Counted from the stretch's first letter, positions 23,401 to 33,419 are shown. The stretch is 33,419 bases of DNA from Sphaeroforma arctica JP610 (GCF_001186125.1 NW_014040057.1:33687-67105); one strand, 5' to 3'. Numbers and translations: made by a program. Notes: generated by a model not told the origin, from the letters alone.

Positions 23401-25141
23401 CTCTGGATCTGCGTTGGCGTGCTGATTCACATATCCATCAGTTTGGCACGTATACCCATTGCACACTAGAGGCAGACAACATGTGAGCTCACATCCATCT
23501 CCCACACAAGTTATATTAGCATCTACTCGATTATCTGTCAATGGATCTAGACATTCATGATCACCGCAAGTCTTTTGTGCGCAGCATGTTGACTCACAGC
23601 TCTCTTCTTCACCTCCACACTCTAGGGTTGCATTCGCGAAGTTCGTCAATCCGTCGGTAGTACAATTGTAACCACCGCATGTATAGGGTGTGCAGCATGA
23701 GGCTTCACAGTCGCCGTCAGAACACTCGTGGTCATCAGGTGCTTTGTTCGTAAGTATTGGATCGCTACAACTAAACCCTTCGCATGTGGGTGGATTACAA
23801 CAGTTTTTCTCACATCCATCCGCGAAACACACTGCGTTTGAGTTGGCTTCATTGGTAGTGTATCCCGCTTCTTGGTCGCATGTGAAAGTAGAACACGATC
23901 TCGCTACGCAGCAACTGAATTCGCAATTATTATTAACACACTTCACAGTGTCGTCTTTGTTATTCGTCAATCCAGAGCCTGTGCATTCGTATGCTGCGCA
24001 TGTTTTCAGATTTTGTTGGACCTGCGAACGATACAAAGGTGTTTTAAGTAATTTTTTTAGCGCACCACGAATTCAAACGCACGTGTAGATACACGTACAC
24101 AAACAAACACCAGTCTTTCTTCGATTCAGTTTAAAAATGAAATTGCAGGTTGATAAACAATTGAAAACGCCTGTAAAACCGACACCGTGCATCTATTCAG
24201 CCAGCAGACAGCAGGTGCATATAACAAGACACCTACCTGTTGTCCGGCTAAATTCCTCAGCGCAATTCCTCCCGGAGAGTTTTGTTCCAATTGCATCTCC
24301 GCATCTTTGACAATGTGCCCGTGGCCTACATTGTAATTCCACAGAATAAAAAGCATACAATCTAATAAACAACTATATTACTTTCTGAATAATATCTAAA
24401 AATTGCAAGTCCAGTGGCTCCTATGTATATGTTGGTAGGTAGACATTTGGGTGGTAAGTATCTAGTCCGCTGGCTAACGTGCATCACATTGTAATTCTTA
24501 TGCTGAGCACTTGTAGTCAAGGTTTTATGTTAGGATCAAATGTGCGACAGCCTCAGCATCATTGTCGATCGAACAGAGGTCCGCAATCAATTAATCGATA
24601 TTCGACGATGCATAAACGAGGCCTCTTCGCAAAGAACGCTTTAAGACACGAGAAAAACATACAACAGTATAGTGCAGTGTGTAGTACTAACGGTCATTCA
24701 TAGCTGACTCGGCCTGGCTGTAATAAATTGACACTAAATCAGAATACTGTCTGATATTGTATCCAGAAAATTAGACACGAGCGAGAAAAATTCAGCGCGC
24801 TATGATATTCCAAGCTAAGTGTGGACGAATATTACAGATATAAACAGATCAATATATATATATATATATATATATCAGATGAAGTCTATAGCTCTAGCAC
24901 AGTGCACAAAGTGACCAAAATATGAACCAAATAACTCAGGCACCTGTACAACACACACTACCACCATCAGTCGATTTGAATCCAGCTAATCGACGGTGAT
25001 TCGTATAAAAGCTAAAACACATGTATAATTACAAAAAAAACACATACGTTTTCTTTCGCAACAGATGCTCTCCGCAGTGACGCCAGTGCTACTAAATACA
25101 GTCGCTAAGAGCAGCACTGCCCACTTCAGTTGAGTGCTCAT
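11434..25141 (-). CDS. Giant secreted cysteine-rich tandem-repeat protein, about 4,256 aa; exons 25141-25048, 24325-24237, 24021-11434
   Basis: The 4200-codon uninterrupted ORF consists of 6-Cys repeats and lacks its own ATG and signal peptide. The upstream exon MSTQLKWAVLLLATVFSSTGVTA|ESICCERK is a typical signal peptide and ends at a phase-1 GTATGT donor. Exon 2 (acceptor TGTAG, 89 nt, RHGHIVKDAEMQLEQNSPGGIALRNLAGQQ) ends at a phase-0 GTAGGT donor. Acceptor TTCGCAG at 24022 joins in frame to VQQNLKTC. All phases are consistent. Confidence 0.9.
14698..20064 (-). repeat. Internal super-repeat of the giant gene: two tandem copies (20064-17299 and 17298-14698), offset 2766 nt
   Basis: Collinear diagnostic peptides occur in both copies, e.g. 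CAEPLAFRN, CSDVFAVYPDGVTD, CLHPDA, KLQGADE, SDEDS..NND.S.DTLCGASCSQTCCVVPTCEDV. Confidence 0.9.
24237..24325 (-). CDS. Exon 2 of the giant Cys-rich gene
   Basis: Bounded by TAG and GTAGGT, 89 nt, phase 1 in and phase 0 out, exactly bridging exon 1 and the large exon. Confidence 0.75.
24852..24874. repeat. (AT)n microsatellite in an intron of the giant gene
   Basis: Direct reading. Confidence 0.95.
25048..25141 (-). CDS. Exon 1 of the giant Cys-rich gene (signal peptide)
   Basis: ATG at 25141; basic-hydrophobic-VTA signal peptide; 94 nt then donor GTATGT. It is too short to appear in the ORF track. Confidence 0.85.
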
Positions 25142-25151
25142 CTTGCGCAGG

Positions 25152-25194
25152 GGGTGTACCTGAACCCTGAGGTTCGGTATACCCTAGTTTTTAT
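25152..25194 (-). promoter_or_regulatory. Hairpin and TATA-like element immediately upstream of the giant gene ATG
   Basis: Inverted repeat GGGTGTACC-T-GAACC / GGTTC-GGTATACCC (25152-25184), and CATAAAAA on the minus strand at 25194-25187. Confidence 0.3.
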
Positions 25195-25353
25195 GGCCTC
25201 GCGTCTAAAGACTTTTTTTTTGCTAATTCCGTCTGTTTGTGATATGGTTCTTTCAGACGGATTGTAGCTACAGAGCGTGCAATATACACACGATGCTCCT
25301 AACTTGTTAATTTTAGTATAGTATATTAAATATCCGTCTTCTAATGTAGAGTT

Positions 25354-25388
25354 GTATATATATATACATACATATATATATATATATA
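25354..25388. repeat. (TA)n microsatellite
   Basis: Direct reading; interrupted by CATACA. Confidence 0.9.
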
Positions 25389-25699
25389 CCGCCTATGCTT
25401 GTACACACAATAATTTACCCGGATGTACAGTGAATATTTTTAATGGTGTACAAAGGCGCGAAGTAGCTAAGTGGAAAAGTACTACCCCTCGCGTTCATAT
25501 TCCCGCTGTGTATATACCTCGCGTAAATGCATAAACACAAAACATAATTACATCCGAACTTCAATTGCCCTGGTCCCATGCCCCTTGCTGGGGTGTACGT
25601 TCTATCATCGTTCATTTTCCGAAATAAAAATTGAAAACCTCTCAAAGCAACATATTTTAACTGTAAATATATATGCAGTCTTTAAAAATTAAACGACTC

Positions 25700-26656
25700 T
25701 ACAGTATATTAGTACTTTACTAAAAACGCAGATACTCTTATACATGCACTTTACTCCTGCTTCTTTTTTTCTTAAATCCAACAATTCGTGAGAAATACTC
25801 TGACACTCACAGTCTCACAGACTCCAGTCTCACACAGTGCCTTAGATTGTCGGCCTTGGGCCCTTGGCCTCGTCTGTGTGAGACCCGGATCTGGGACTTG
25901 GGAAGTTGGAACAGCTCATAAAGTCCTTTTTTTCTCTTTTTAAATCTACATTGGAATAGATGTACAACGGTTATCTTTTACGTTGTAACGTTTACACCAA
26001 ATATTCTGGCCTAAATTATGTTCACATGACAATACTAGAGCGCCTGTTCCAATATTATTGGCCACGAAACCCTGCACACACCAATCAAACACAATGAAGT
26101 GATGATATACCGGTTGGAAGGACAATATTTATCAATACACTGACCTCCAGGAATGACCCTCAAATTATATTTAGGACTACCAATACATTGAAAACGTTCC
26201 TTTTAACGTATCCATGGAAATCTATACGTTGCAACGTAAAACGTGACGAGTGTAAGTCTGCACGGGCCCTCACGGGTTCTAATTTCCAAACTTCTTTTTG
26301 TGGTTTTGTTTTTTTACTTTTGTAGAATTTTTTTAATAAAAACAGATTTATCTAAGAAACTATCTAGAATTTATTTCTATACAATGGAACTATTTGACCC
26401 ACAGTTTTATTTTTTTGTTTTTTTTAACCCAATGAGCAATCACACCCAGGCCCCAGGGCCCAGGACTTAGCACTCAAGCGGTCACCGACAGAAATTTTCT
26501 TGTGAAAAACTTAAAACGACAAAACTTTCCGGGGACTCTGAGACTGAGTTTCTGAGTCTGAGGGACTGTGAGGCTTAATACTCCGATTTTTCTGGTTACA
26601 TAGTTTATTATTATATTTTAAACAATAGTAGTAAAAGTACTGCTACCAAATACTGT
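25700..26656. mobile_element. Degenerate inverted-repeat (foldback/MITE-like) element
   Basis: Collinear inverted motifs: ACAGTAT..AGTACTTTACTA vs 26629-26655; CTCACAGTCTCACAGACTC vs 26534-26572; GGGCCCTTGGCCT..GTGTG vs 26441-26463; plus an inner 21-bp inverted repeat at 25976-25996 and 26221-26241. No TSD or transposase identified. Confidence 0.35.
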
Positions 26657-27476
26657 TGAAACAAAAAAATACATGTGAGTTAAATATTACCTTTAGACCA
26701 CTTATATTAAGTAACGATTAAAATCTTATACATACCACGACTCAAAATCGATACTTCAATTCTTACTTGACTCGATGGAGCTTGTGGGTTTTAAAATAAA
26801 GAGTATTTGATAATTTTTGAACAAAAAATACACTCGCTACTAAAATCTCATCCTGAGGAAATAAGGGTTTATATTTAGCCCACTGGTCCGTGTTCGTCGA
26901 GACTTCCTTCACTGGTGGATTTGCCTCTCGGAGTCTCGAGTCTCGATATGTAGGTGTTGAGAATGCATCTATGGCCTATGAATCTGTATTCATGTGCGTT
27001 TTATACTCGCTTTATTTCACTTATATACTGTATTTTTATATGTCTAATTGCAATACTTGGGCACTTGTCGGCAAGGTGATGGGCTCTTCGAGTCTTCTTT
27101 CTTCAGTCCAGTCGGATATTCGAGCAACGTACAATGCTCCTTTGTGAGCACAATCGAATAGAAGGTATCGTCTTTCACACATTTAGAGTTTATCATTGTG
27201 GTGTTCACCTGAATGTAACAACGACATGGGTGGAAACATTTATGAGCACTGAAATCAAAGGAATGCATTGACATCAGCAAACATAAATAAACCTTTCAAA
27301 CTTTTCAATAACTTGAAAAAGTTGTGTTTCCCCTCAAATCTGTATTTTAACTAGCGTATATTGCTTGAAATACCGCTAACAACTGATGCAACGTTCGTGT
27401 GTATATACTTGTATGTCTAAGTATTCGTTGATTATTTTTATAAATATTATTTTTATTAATATTATTTTTATTTTGT

Positions 27477-27477
<1 letters not shown>

Positions 27478-27512
<35 letters not shown>

Positions 27513-27530
27513 CGTAAACAATAACTATAT

Positions 27531-27556
<26 letters not shown>
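27478..27556. repeat. (TG)n and (AT)n microsatellites
   Basis: Direct reading. Confidence 0.9.
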
Positions 27557-27561
<5 letters not shown>

Positions 27562-28714
27562 CTAAAAATGGCATCAGAAATGTGTGCTATCGTATATACT
27601 CTCTCGCAATGGGCTAAAGTGCACGTACAGTGCCTACATTATCTTCTGAACTTAGTACGTATGGATATGGACATCAATTTTACTTGTGATATTACCTACT
27701 TTTTTTTATACTTGAGGTATCTCCTGTGCATCATTAATAATGTCCTATACTGATTTTATCGCGATCTTATGGTAAGGGCTGTGTACGTTCATATCATGTT
27801 GTTCTCACTATGTCGATCATACCAATGGACTGTTTTGCACTCATCGAAGCGAGCGGATACACAATGAGTTTATGATAGAAGAACAGTGTATACTCACAAG
27901 CACTATCTCTAGCTTTACTGAGCTTCAGCTTGATCAGCACCAGCATCACGTATCTTTCCCCGCTCACAACTTACACCGCGTTGGACATACTGGTCGGAAG
28001 TCGCACTGGCGTTAACAATATCAGTTCGTTGGCTTTCTGTTTTTCTATTGAGTATTGAACCTTGTTCGGAGACCGCTGACTTCGGCCCGTTGTGCATGTA
28101 TGTTTATTATGCTATATGGATATAGACATAGATGTATATATTTATACATATTTACATACAATCATACATGCCATACACATTTATTGAAACTAGTTCACTG
28201 AGTATACATGACTGCATTGATATTACCGATAGAGATCCAGTCGCAGCATGCTGGGATATGTACACTGAAGATGACTGGTGGCCAGGGTGTCATCGACAAA
28301 TCTCCGCTAACAGGTTGACAAGCTCTTACCACACTCCCATATCTATATCTATATATAAATGTATAAGTATGTATTGCATGCTGTTTTAATGTTAATCGGT
28401 ATCATGTATGTTTTTTACTTCTATTTATATTCTCACCGGGGTTATGGTTGTACGTTCGTTCTTACTGTGCGTGTTTCCTATCAGGTTAGAATCGAACACA
28501 CTGAACTTACACGAGAGCAAGTTTGTTAACGTAGGTTTGTTTTTAACATCGTTGGCACGTATGTTGAGGATGTAAAAAGAGAGCGAGTATGCGGCTGTCG
28601 ATACAAACACTGTAAAATCCTAAATCTGCGGCACTTGCACTTAGAAATTAGCTAAGGGATATATCGGATTTGATCAGTATTTCCGTCATGAAGACTTCCC
28701 TGGTACCTTAAATT

Positions 28715-28739
28715 GTGTATGTATTTGTATATACATATT

Positions 28740-28776
<37 letters not shown>

Positions 28777-28917
28777 ATGTATATATATATATGTATATAT
28801 ATATGTATGTATATAAATATATATATATATATATGTATATNNNNNNNNNNNNNNNNNNNNTGTATGTATATGTATATATATATATATATTGATATATATA
28901 TCATTATATATATATAT
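28715..28917. repeat. Compound (TA)/(TG) microsatellite spanning an assembly gap
   Basis: Simple repeats lie on both sides of the N run. Confidence 0.9.
28841..28860. other. Assembly gap (20 N)
   Basis: Run of N characters. Confidence 1.
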
Positions 28918-29087
28918 TGCACGTGTTGATTTGGATTCGTACTGAGAATTATGCTGCCAACGGGGTTATCGTGTGGAAATATCCCTGAAGGTATAATGTC
29001 TCATGGTCTTCTCTTATAGGGATACTTAGGTCCGATCAGGCGGATTAACTAGGTTTATGATATGATATATGTATGTACCTCAAATAC

Positions 29088-29090
<3 letters not shown>

Positions 29091-29119
<29 letters not shown>
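29091..29119. repeat. (TA)n microsatellite
   Basis: Direct reading. Confidence 0.95.
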
Positions 29120-29123
<4 letters not shown>

Positions 29124-29937
29124 TAGTGTGATTTATATTTCAAATGTGTTTAACATATTAATAGCCCGCTGAAAATATACTGCCTCATGGGTTGATTTAC
29201 TATAATTTTAATTGAGAGCGACAGCGGTAGCTATAGAGTCCATTGGATTTCGAGCTTTAGACTCTATTCGGGAGGCTGGTATTGTACACTCAACGGACCC
29301 ATATTTTATCGTATGCCGCTATGTATATACAGCGATAGACTTATACGATATTTTTCCAATTTATACGAACCGTCTCAGATTATTTGACTTTAGGAACTGT
29401 GCTTGAGGTATTTCTTTCACCATTTATGTAGCTAACACTTCCGCAGGGCATTCTTTTTTCTTTCCATTTTGTGCATTTGCGAGATATCTATGTGGCTATC
29501 ACGTCTTTATACGTGCCAATGTACTTCTCCATGTGGCAAATTTACACGGATGTTTCTCCTTCACTATATCAGAATGCTATTGCTTGAGGTGTTTGTCGAG
29601 TTCGGACTGAGTTTCGCCTGGTCGGTACAGATCCTGTTGTCGATTAGGTTTGTATTGACGGCTAAGGATGCATCGATCGTGACTAATTTGAAGAGTTTTG
29701 CATATCTTAATAAGGTGTGTTTGGTATTACAGTTTGCCAGTAGTGTACATTGTAGTATTCGATTAGTTTCGGACGTGTGCTACAGATGTGCTACAGAGTT
29801 AAGGGAAATTCTGAGAAGCAATTCAGACTTAAGCCACAGCTTCCGTGAGTATCTCTCGGTGTCCCCTGTTCATGTGTCTGCACAATCAAGCATGTTCAGC
29901 AAAAGTTGTCCAACAATTGGGCAGGTGACGTAGCGAG

Positions 29938-29993
29938 TACGTATATATATATATATATATGTATATGTATGTATGAATGTATATATATATATA
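29938..29993. repeat. (TA)/(TATG) microsatellite inside the LRR pseudogene
   Basis: Direct reading. Confidence 0.9.
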
Positions 29994-32727
29994 TGGACTA
30001 TTATGTGGTCAGCCTTGGATGTTCTCGGTGGTATGTGAATGCGCGCGTGGGTGGCTGCAAACTGAGTGGGTGTAAATCCATTAGTATACACGTGACGTGT
30101 ACGTATCTGCTAATTGGTTCCGTGATCAGTGTGGGTTACAGGCTGCTGACGCACATCTGAGATATGATGTGTACACAGGTGTGCCCAAATGTATAAACAT
30201 ATCCCTTGGATGTGGCATTGGATACTGGTATGTAGCTATACTCAGTATCAACAAATGTCAATTCGTCAGATGAATGTAAACTGTCGGACTCGTTTGACAG
30301 ATTTTTATTAGCTGAGGGGAGTATTCTTGGCCCTTTATTGCAATATGTGTAAGCCCTTTGTAATGTTTGGCTATTAATATTAAATTGAAACTTGGCGGTA
30401 TGGCCTATCCGCCTGCGTTGTTTTCGAACTATACTTCGTAACAGTCTGTTACTTGTATTCTGGCGTTCAACCCCTTCATTTCCTAACACAAGTGTCGTCG
30501 GCGGTACATTTTTACATGTACTCCACTTTCATACTTCGGTGAGATGGTGCATGTTTGATCTATTTCAATCGCACCGCCTCCTCTGCAACAGGTTTGTAAT
30601 ACAAGGGGTCTGCATTTCAACAGATTTGTAAAGCATCAAATTTGAACGACAACGGATTCGGTAGATTATTCACCGCTCTCACGCAGACCAATGACATGTA
30701 CACTTGCTGAAAGTGGGCGTTTATCTCTAACCCGTGTAGATGCAATGTTTTTCACCAGCCATACAAGATGCAGGCGGGGATTTGTTGGTGGTACCAGTTC
30801 GGCCGCCCAAGTGCAAGCCTTGTAGTTTCAAAATAGTTCGTAGTGCCACTATGTCGGTGGTGTCAGAGCAGGCGCCCAGTTCTCGGGCTTGTAATTTCAA
30901 GCACACTTGTAGTGGCTCTATATCGGTGAGTGTTAACCATCGTCAACGCCCTAAGTCTCGCACATGAAGCCAACGGACTCAAGTCAGCGATTTGCGTGTT
31001 TCTTACATCTAGCTTGGCTCAGGTGAGGCAAGTTGACAGCGGAGAAAGGCACCAAGATGAGGCTCTGTAAATACAGCCTGGCACTGTACTAGCGAGTGTA
31101 TACGGTTCAGCAGACTACTAGGAGAAGATAGCAGCGTGTGCGATGATGAGACCGGGTTTTTGTCGCAAACACCCGTACAGATAGCCATGTGTAGTGTTTG
31201 CAGCTCCTTGCAGTGAAATATACTCTCAGAGTATTTAGCCACGCACAGTGCGCTTTTGGGCAGATATCGTGAATCTCAATGTCAATCTGTGCAGGCTGAC
31301 GTACGATGCAACCGGATTTATTTCTGAAATTTTAGTACTCAATGGGTCTATACTGGCTAGTCGTCCCCAGTGTGATATCTCGAGTGTCCAGTGCCGGAAA
31401 CGAGAATACTGGACCGCTGTCGGCATCGACTGTTGAACTCGTTTAAAGTACCCCAGGGTGATAGCGGACCAATAGAGACCATATCTGTTTCGGAAGTGTT
31501 GTATGTATGAATTGCATTACAGACAGATAGCAGAAAAATATCAGTAAACATTGATCCACTGAAAGTGATAAGTGCCGAGTGCCGGAAAACACGAGAAAAG
31601 GCTGATATTCCTTACCTTATCACGTGCGATGACTTTTAAGTGACGCAGATGTGAAAGACTTGGCAGTAGGTTGATACCGTGTGTTTGTAGGCTCTTACTC
31701 GTATCTAGTTTTAGTTTAATACGGACTTGCCATGATTTGAGGATATCTATATCGACATTGGGAAAATCGGATAAAGTCAGCATACACATTGCATTTATGT
31801 TTTTGAACGAGCTGAAATCTCCCCACATCTCCGTAAAAGGTTACTTTTGTCACCATTCAGCCACCAGAGTGTATATTCTGTGACACGTAGAGGCAGTTCC
31901 AGAACATCTCGGTGGAGGTGTCGAATTGTTTTTGACCACGCGGGCGCATCAAGCCGGACCATATCCATTGTGTTAATCTTTATGATTCGCCTCGGATATG
32001 AAAGTGTAGGCGTATGTGGCACCTGTGTGCTGCGATGGGCGCAATCTGTCAAATTTGTCTTCGATTGAACGGTAGAACCCGTAGATTCGATAGAATACAT
32101 TTCAGAACACATTCATGTTAACTCAAGGCCATCGAGCGATGTGCATTTTCAATACTTATGAAAAGATCATACAAGGTAGCTTTGTTGACGCAAATGAACG
32201 TGATACAGAACGACGCTCAGAAAAAGCTATATTGCCATTTTCACGCTGAAAGATATCTGAAATCACGGAAATATATAGAATGCGCATCATGTGAAATACA
32301 CGCATGCAAGCACTTGTGCGTGTACTTATATGTTGATACGTTTGTATAATTACGCTGACTGGGCATCAGCGAATGTAGTTTCATGGACAGATATCTAAGA
32401 CTGCAAGTGCGTACGCATCATATACAGGCATTGACAGGCATATGGATACGAACACTCTTAGTGTACAATGCGCAGTGCGATAAAAACAAGCCTTCGACGT
32501 TTGTGGTTTCAGCTAATTGACATAATTGGAGGTTGCCGTCGCAGTACTTATAGCGCTTACAATAATAAAGTCTTTCATGGTTTTTTGGGCAAAGTGGATC
32601 CGTCGATATACCGCCAACAAGATAGAATCCCAAGTAAGGTGCGTGAAAAACAGAATAAGTGTCACATTGATTAGTTAATCAATGTTGGGGATTTTTCGGA
32701 TTTTTCGGACAAGAAAATACTTAGAAA

Positions 32728-33307
32728 TCAAGGACCCCTGCACGGCACGCACACGTTACAGCCATAGTCACACACACAGCATGTTACACATAAAAATAAC
32801 CAAATCAAGCAGTGAAATAACATTGAAATCACATACACACAATAGATAGAATAGCGAGTACAAGGCGGAAGCTCATAGTACTCAATAACAACGTTACAAG
32901 TCCCCCATTAAACAAGCAATAGTGTGCTGAATGGAGATCAATGGGCTGTCAATTCGGTTTACTTAGGTTAATTGATTTAAGAAGGAAGATTGCACATACA
33001 ACTATCATACTAGTTCACACAAAGTGTATAACTAAGAACAGTGACTAAAGCTAGATACAACTTACGGTCTGACTAACAGACAAGACATATAACATCCATT
33101 ACAAAGGGTAAGCGAGTAATGTACACTAGCAAATTGGAAATCTAATAGACATTTAGGTTTAGAAATCTAAAATAAGAGAACCATCTAAGAACTCTTTAGG
33201 GCCTAGTAAGAACACGACGAGACGAAGGTAATCTAGGATTCAATAGTATCAATGACACATGAGGTTGACTCCCACGTCACCCGCGCCTTCACTACCTTCC
33301 CCCCCCC
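32728..33307 (-). mobile_element. Candidate 3-prime LTR (32728-33291) with upstream polypurine tract of an LTR retrotransposon
   Basis: On the minus strand GGGGGGGGGAAGG (33307-33295) is followed 3 nt later by TGAAGG (33291). A 564-nt ORF-free segment then ends in CCTTGA (32728), one mismatch from the expected CCTTCA. The internal region would lie outside the window. Confidence 0.4.
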
Positions 33308-33419
33308 AATCGTATACGCTTGTTCTGGTTGCTGTTGGCATTTTCAGATGTCTTCGTTGATGTGTGGATGTTAGTGGATTATTAATAAAGACTCCGGATA
33401 TGTTTTGTGCGGAAATTAA

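Larger units (their letters stand above)
28940..32650 (-). pseudogene. Leucine-rich-repeat protein pseudogene (about 22-23-aa Cys-containing LRRs), possibly with N-terminal F-box
   Basis: Manual translation across frameshifts gives LDVRNTQIADLSPLASCARLRALTMVN, LTDIEPLQVCLKLQARELGACSDTTDIVALRTILKLQGLHLGG (31011-30801), INLLPSLSHLRHLKVIARDKVRNISLFSCFPAL, LASIDPLSTKISEINPVASYVSLHRLTLRFT and IFHCKELQTLHMAIC. There are many stops and frameshifts, and the boundaries are approximate. Confidence 0.8.

Noticed and set aside
24022..24036. ORF-track start MYRSQ at 24036
   Set aside because: It is a TTG inside the intron acceptor region. The real N-terminus comes from the spliced upstream exons.
11380..24088. 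Dozens of overlapping ORFs inside the giant gene, including a 555-aa same-strand alternative frame (16956-18623) and antisense ORFs up to 245 aa
   Set aside because: They are shadows of the biased Cys/Thr/Ala/Asp codon usage in a GC-rich repeat. The translations are V/R/P-rich or H/Q/S-rich with no independent motifs.
24075..24170. Possible extra exon VFNCLSTCNFIFKLNRRKTGVCLC after a TTTTACAG acceptor
   Set aside because: No donor gives a phase compatible with the 24021 acceptor, and the three-exon model works without it.
27055..27161. FSPVGYSSNVQCSFV resembling a CUB domain start
   Set aside because: Too short, ends in a stop, and has no supporting exons.
28270..28345. Minus-strand RRFVDDTL resembling the YVDD motif of Penelope-like reverse transcriptase
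   Set aside because: Isolated motif next to a stop with no correctly spaced flanking RT motifs; more likely chance within decayed sequence.

Overview
Eukaryotic genomic window with GT-AG spliceosomal introns (some only about 33-62 nt), (TA)n/(TG)n microsatellites and one 20-N assembly gap. The style suggests a unicellular eukaryote, possibly an ichthyosporean-like holozoan, but this is an unproven impression. The dominant feature is an intact minus-strand gene of about 4,256 aa. It has a signal-peptide exon (25141-25048), a short exon (24325-24237) and one 12.6-kb exon (24021-11434). That exon encodes roughly 125-130 tandem copies of a ~32-aa six-cysteine module (T-C-x4-C-x~13-C-x3-5-C-x2-3-CC), organised as alternating A/B units and a 922-aa super-repeat. 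With no TM or GPI tail it is most likely a giant secreted disulfide-bonded wall, cyst or matrix protein. The flanks are mostly decaying genes: a signal-peptide gene at 826, remnants at about 3.1-4.2 kb, 5.0-7.3 kb and 7.6-10.3 kb, and a clear frameshifted LRR pseudogene (possibly F-box/LRR) at about 28.9-32.65 kb. There is also a degenerate inverted-repeat element at 25.7-26.66 kb and a candidate LTR plus polypurine tract at the right edge. No rRNA, tRNA or CRISPR array was seen.
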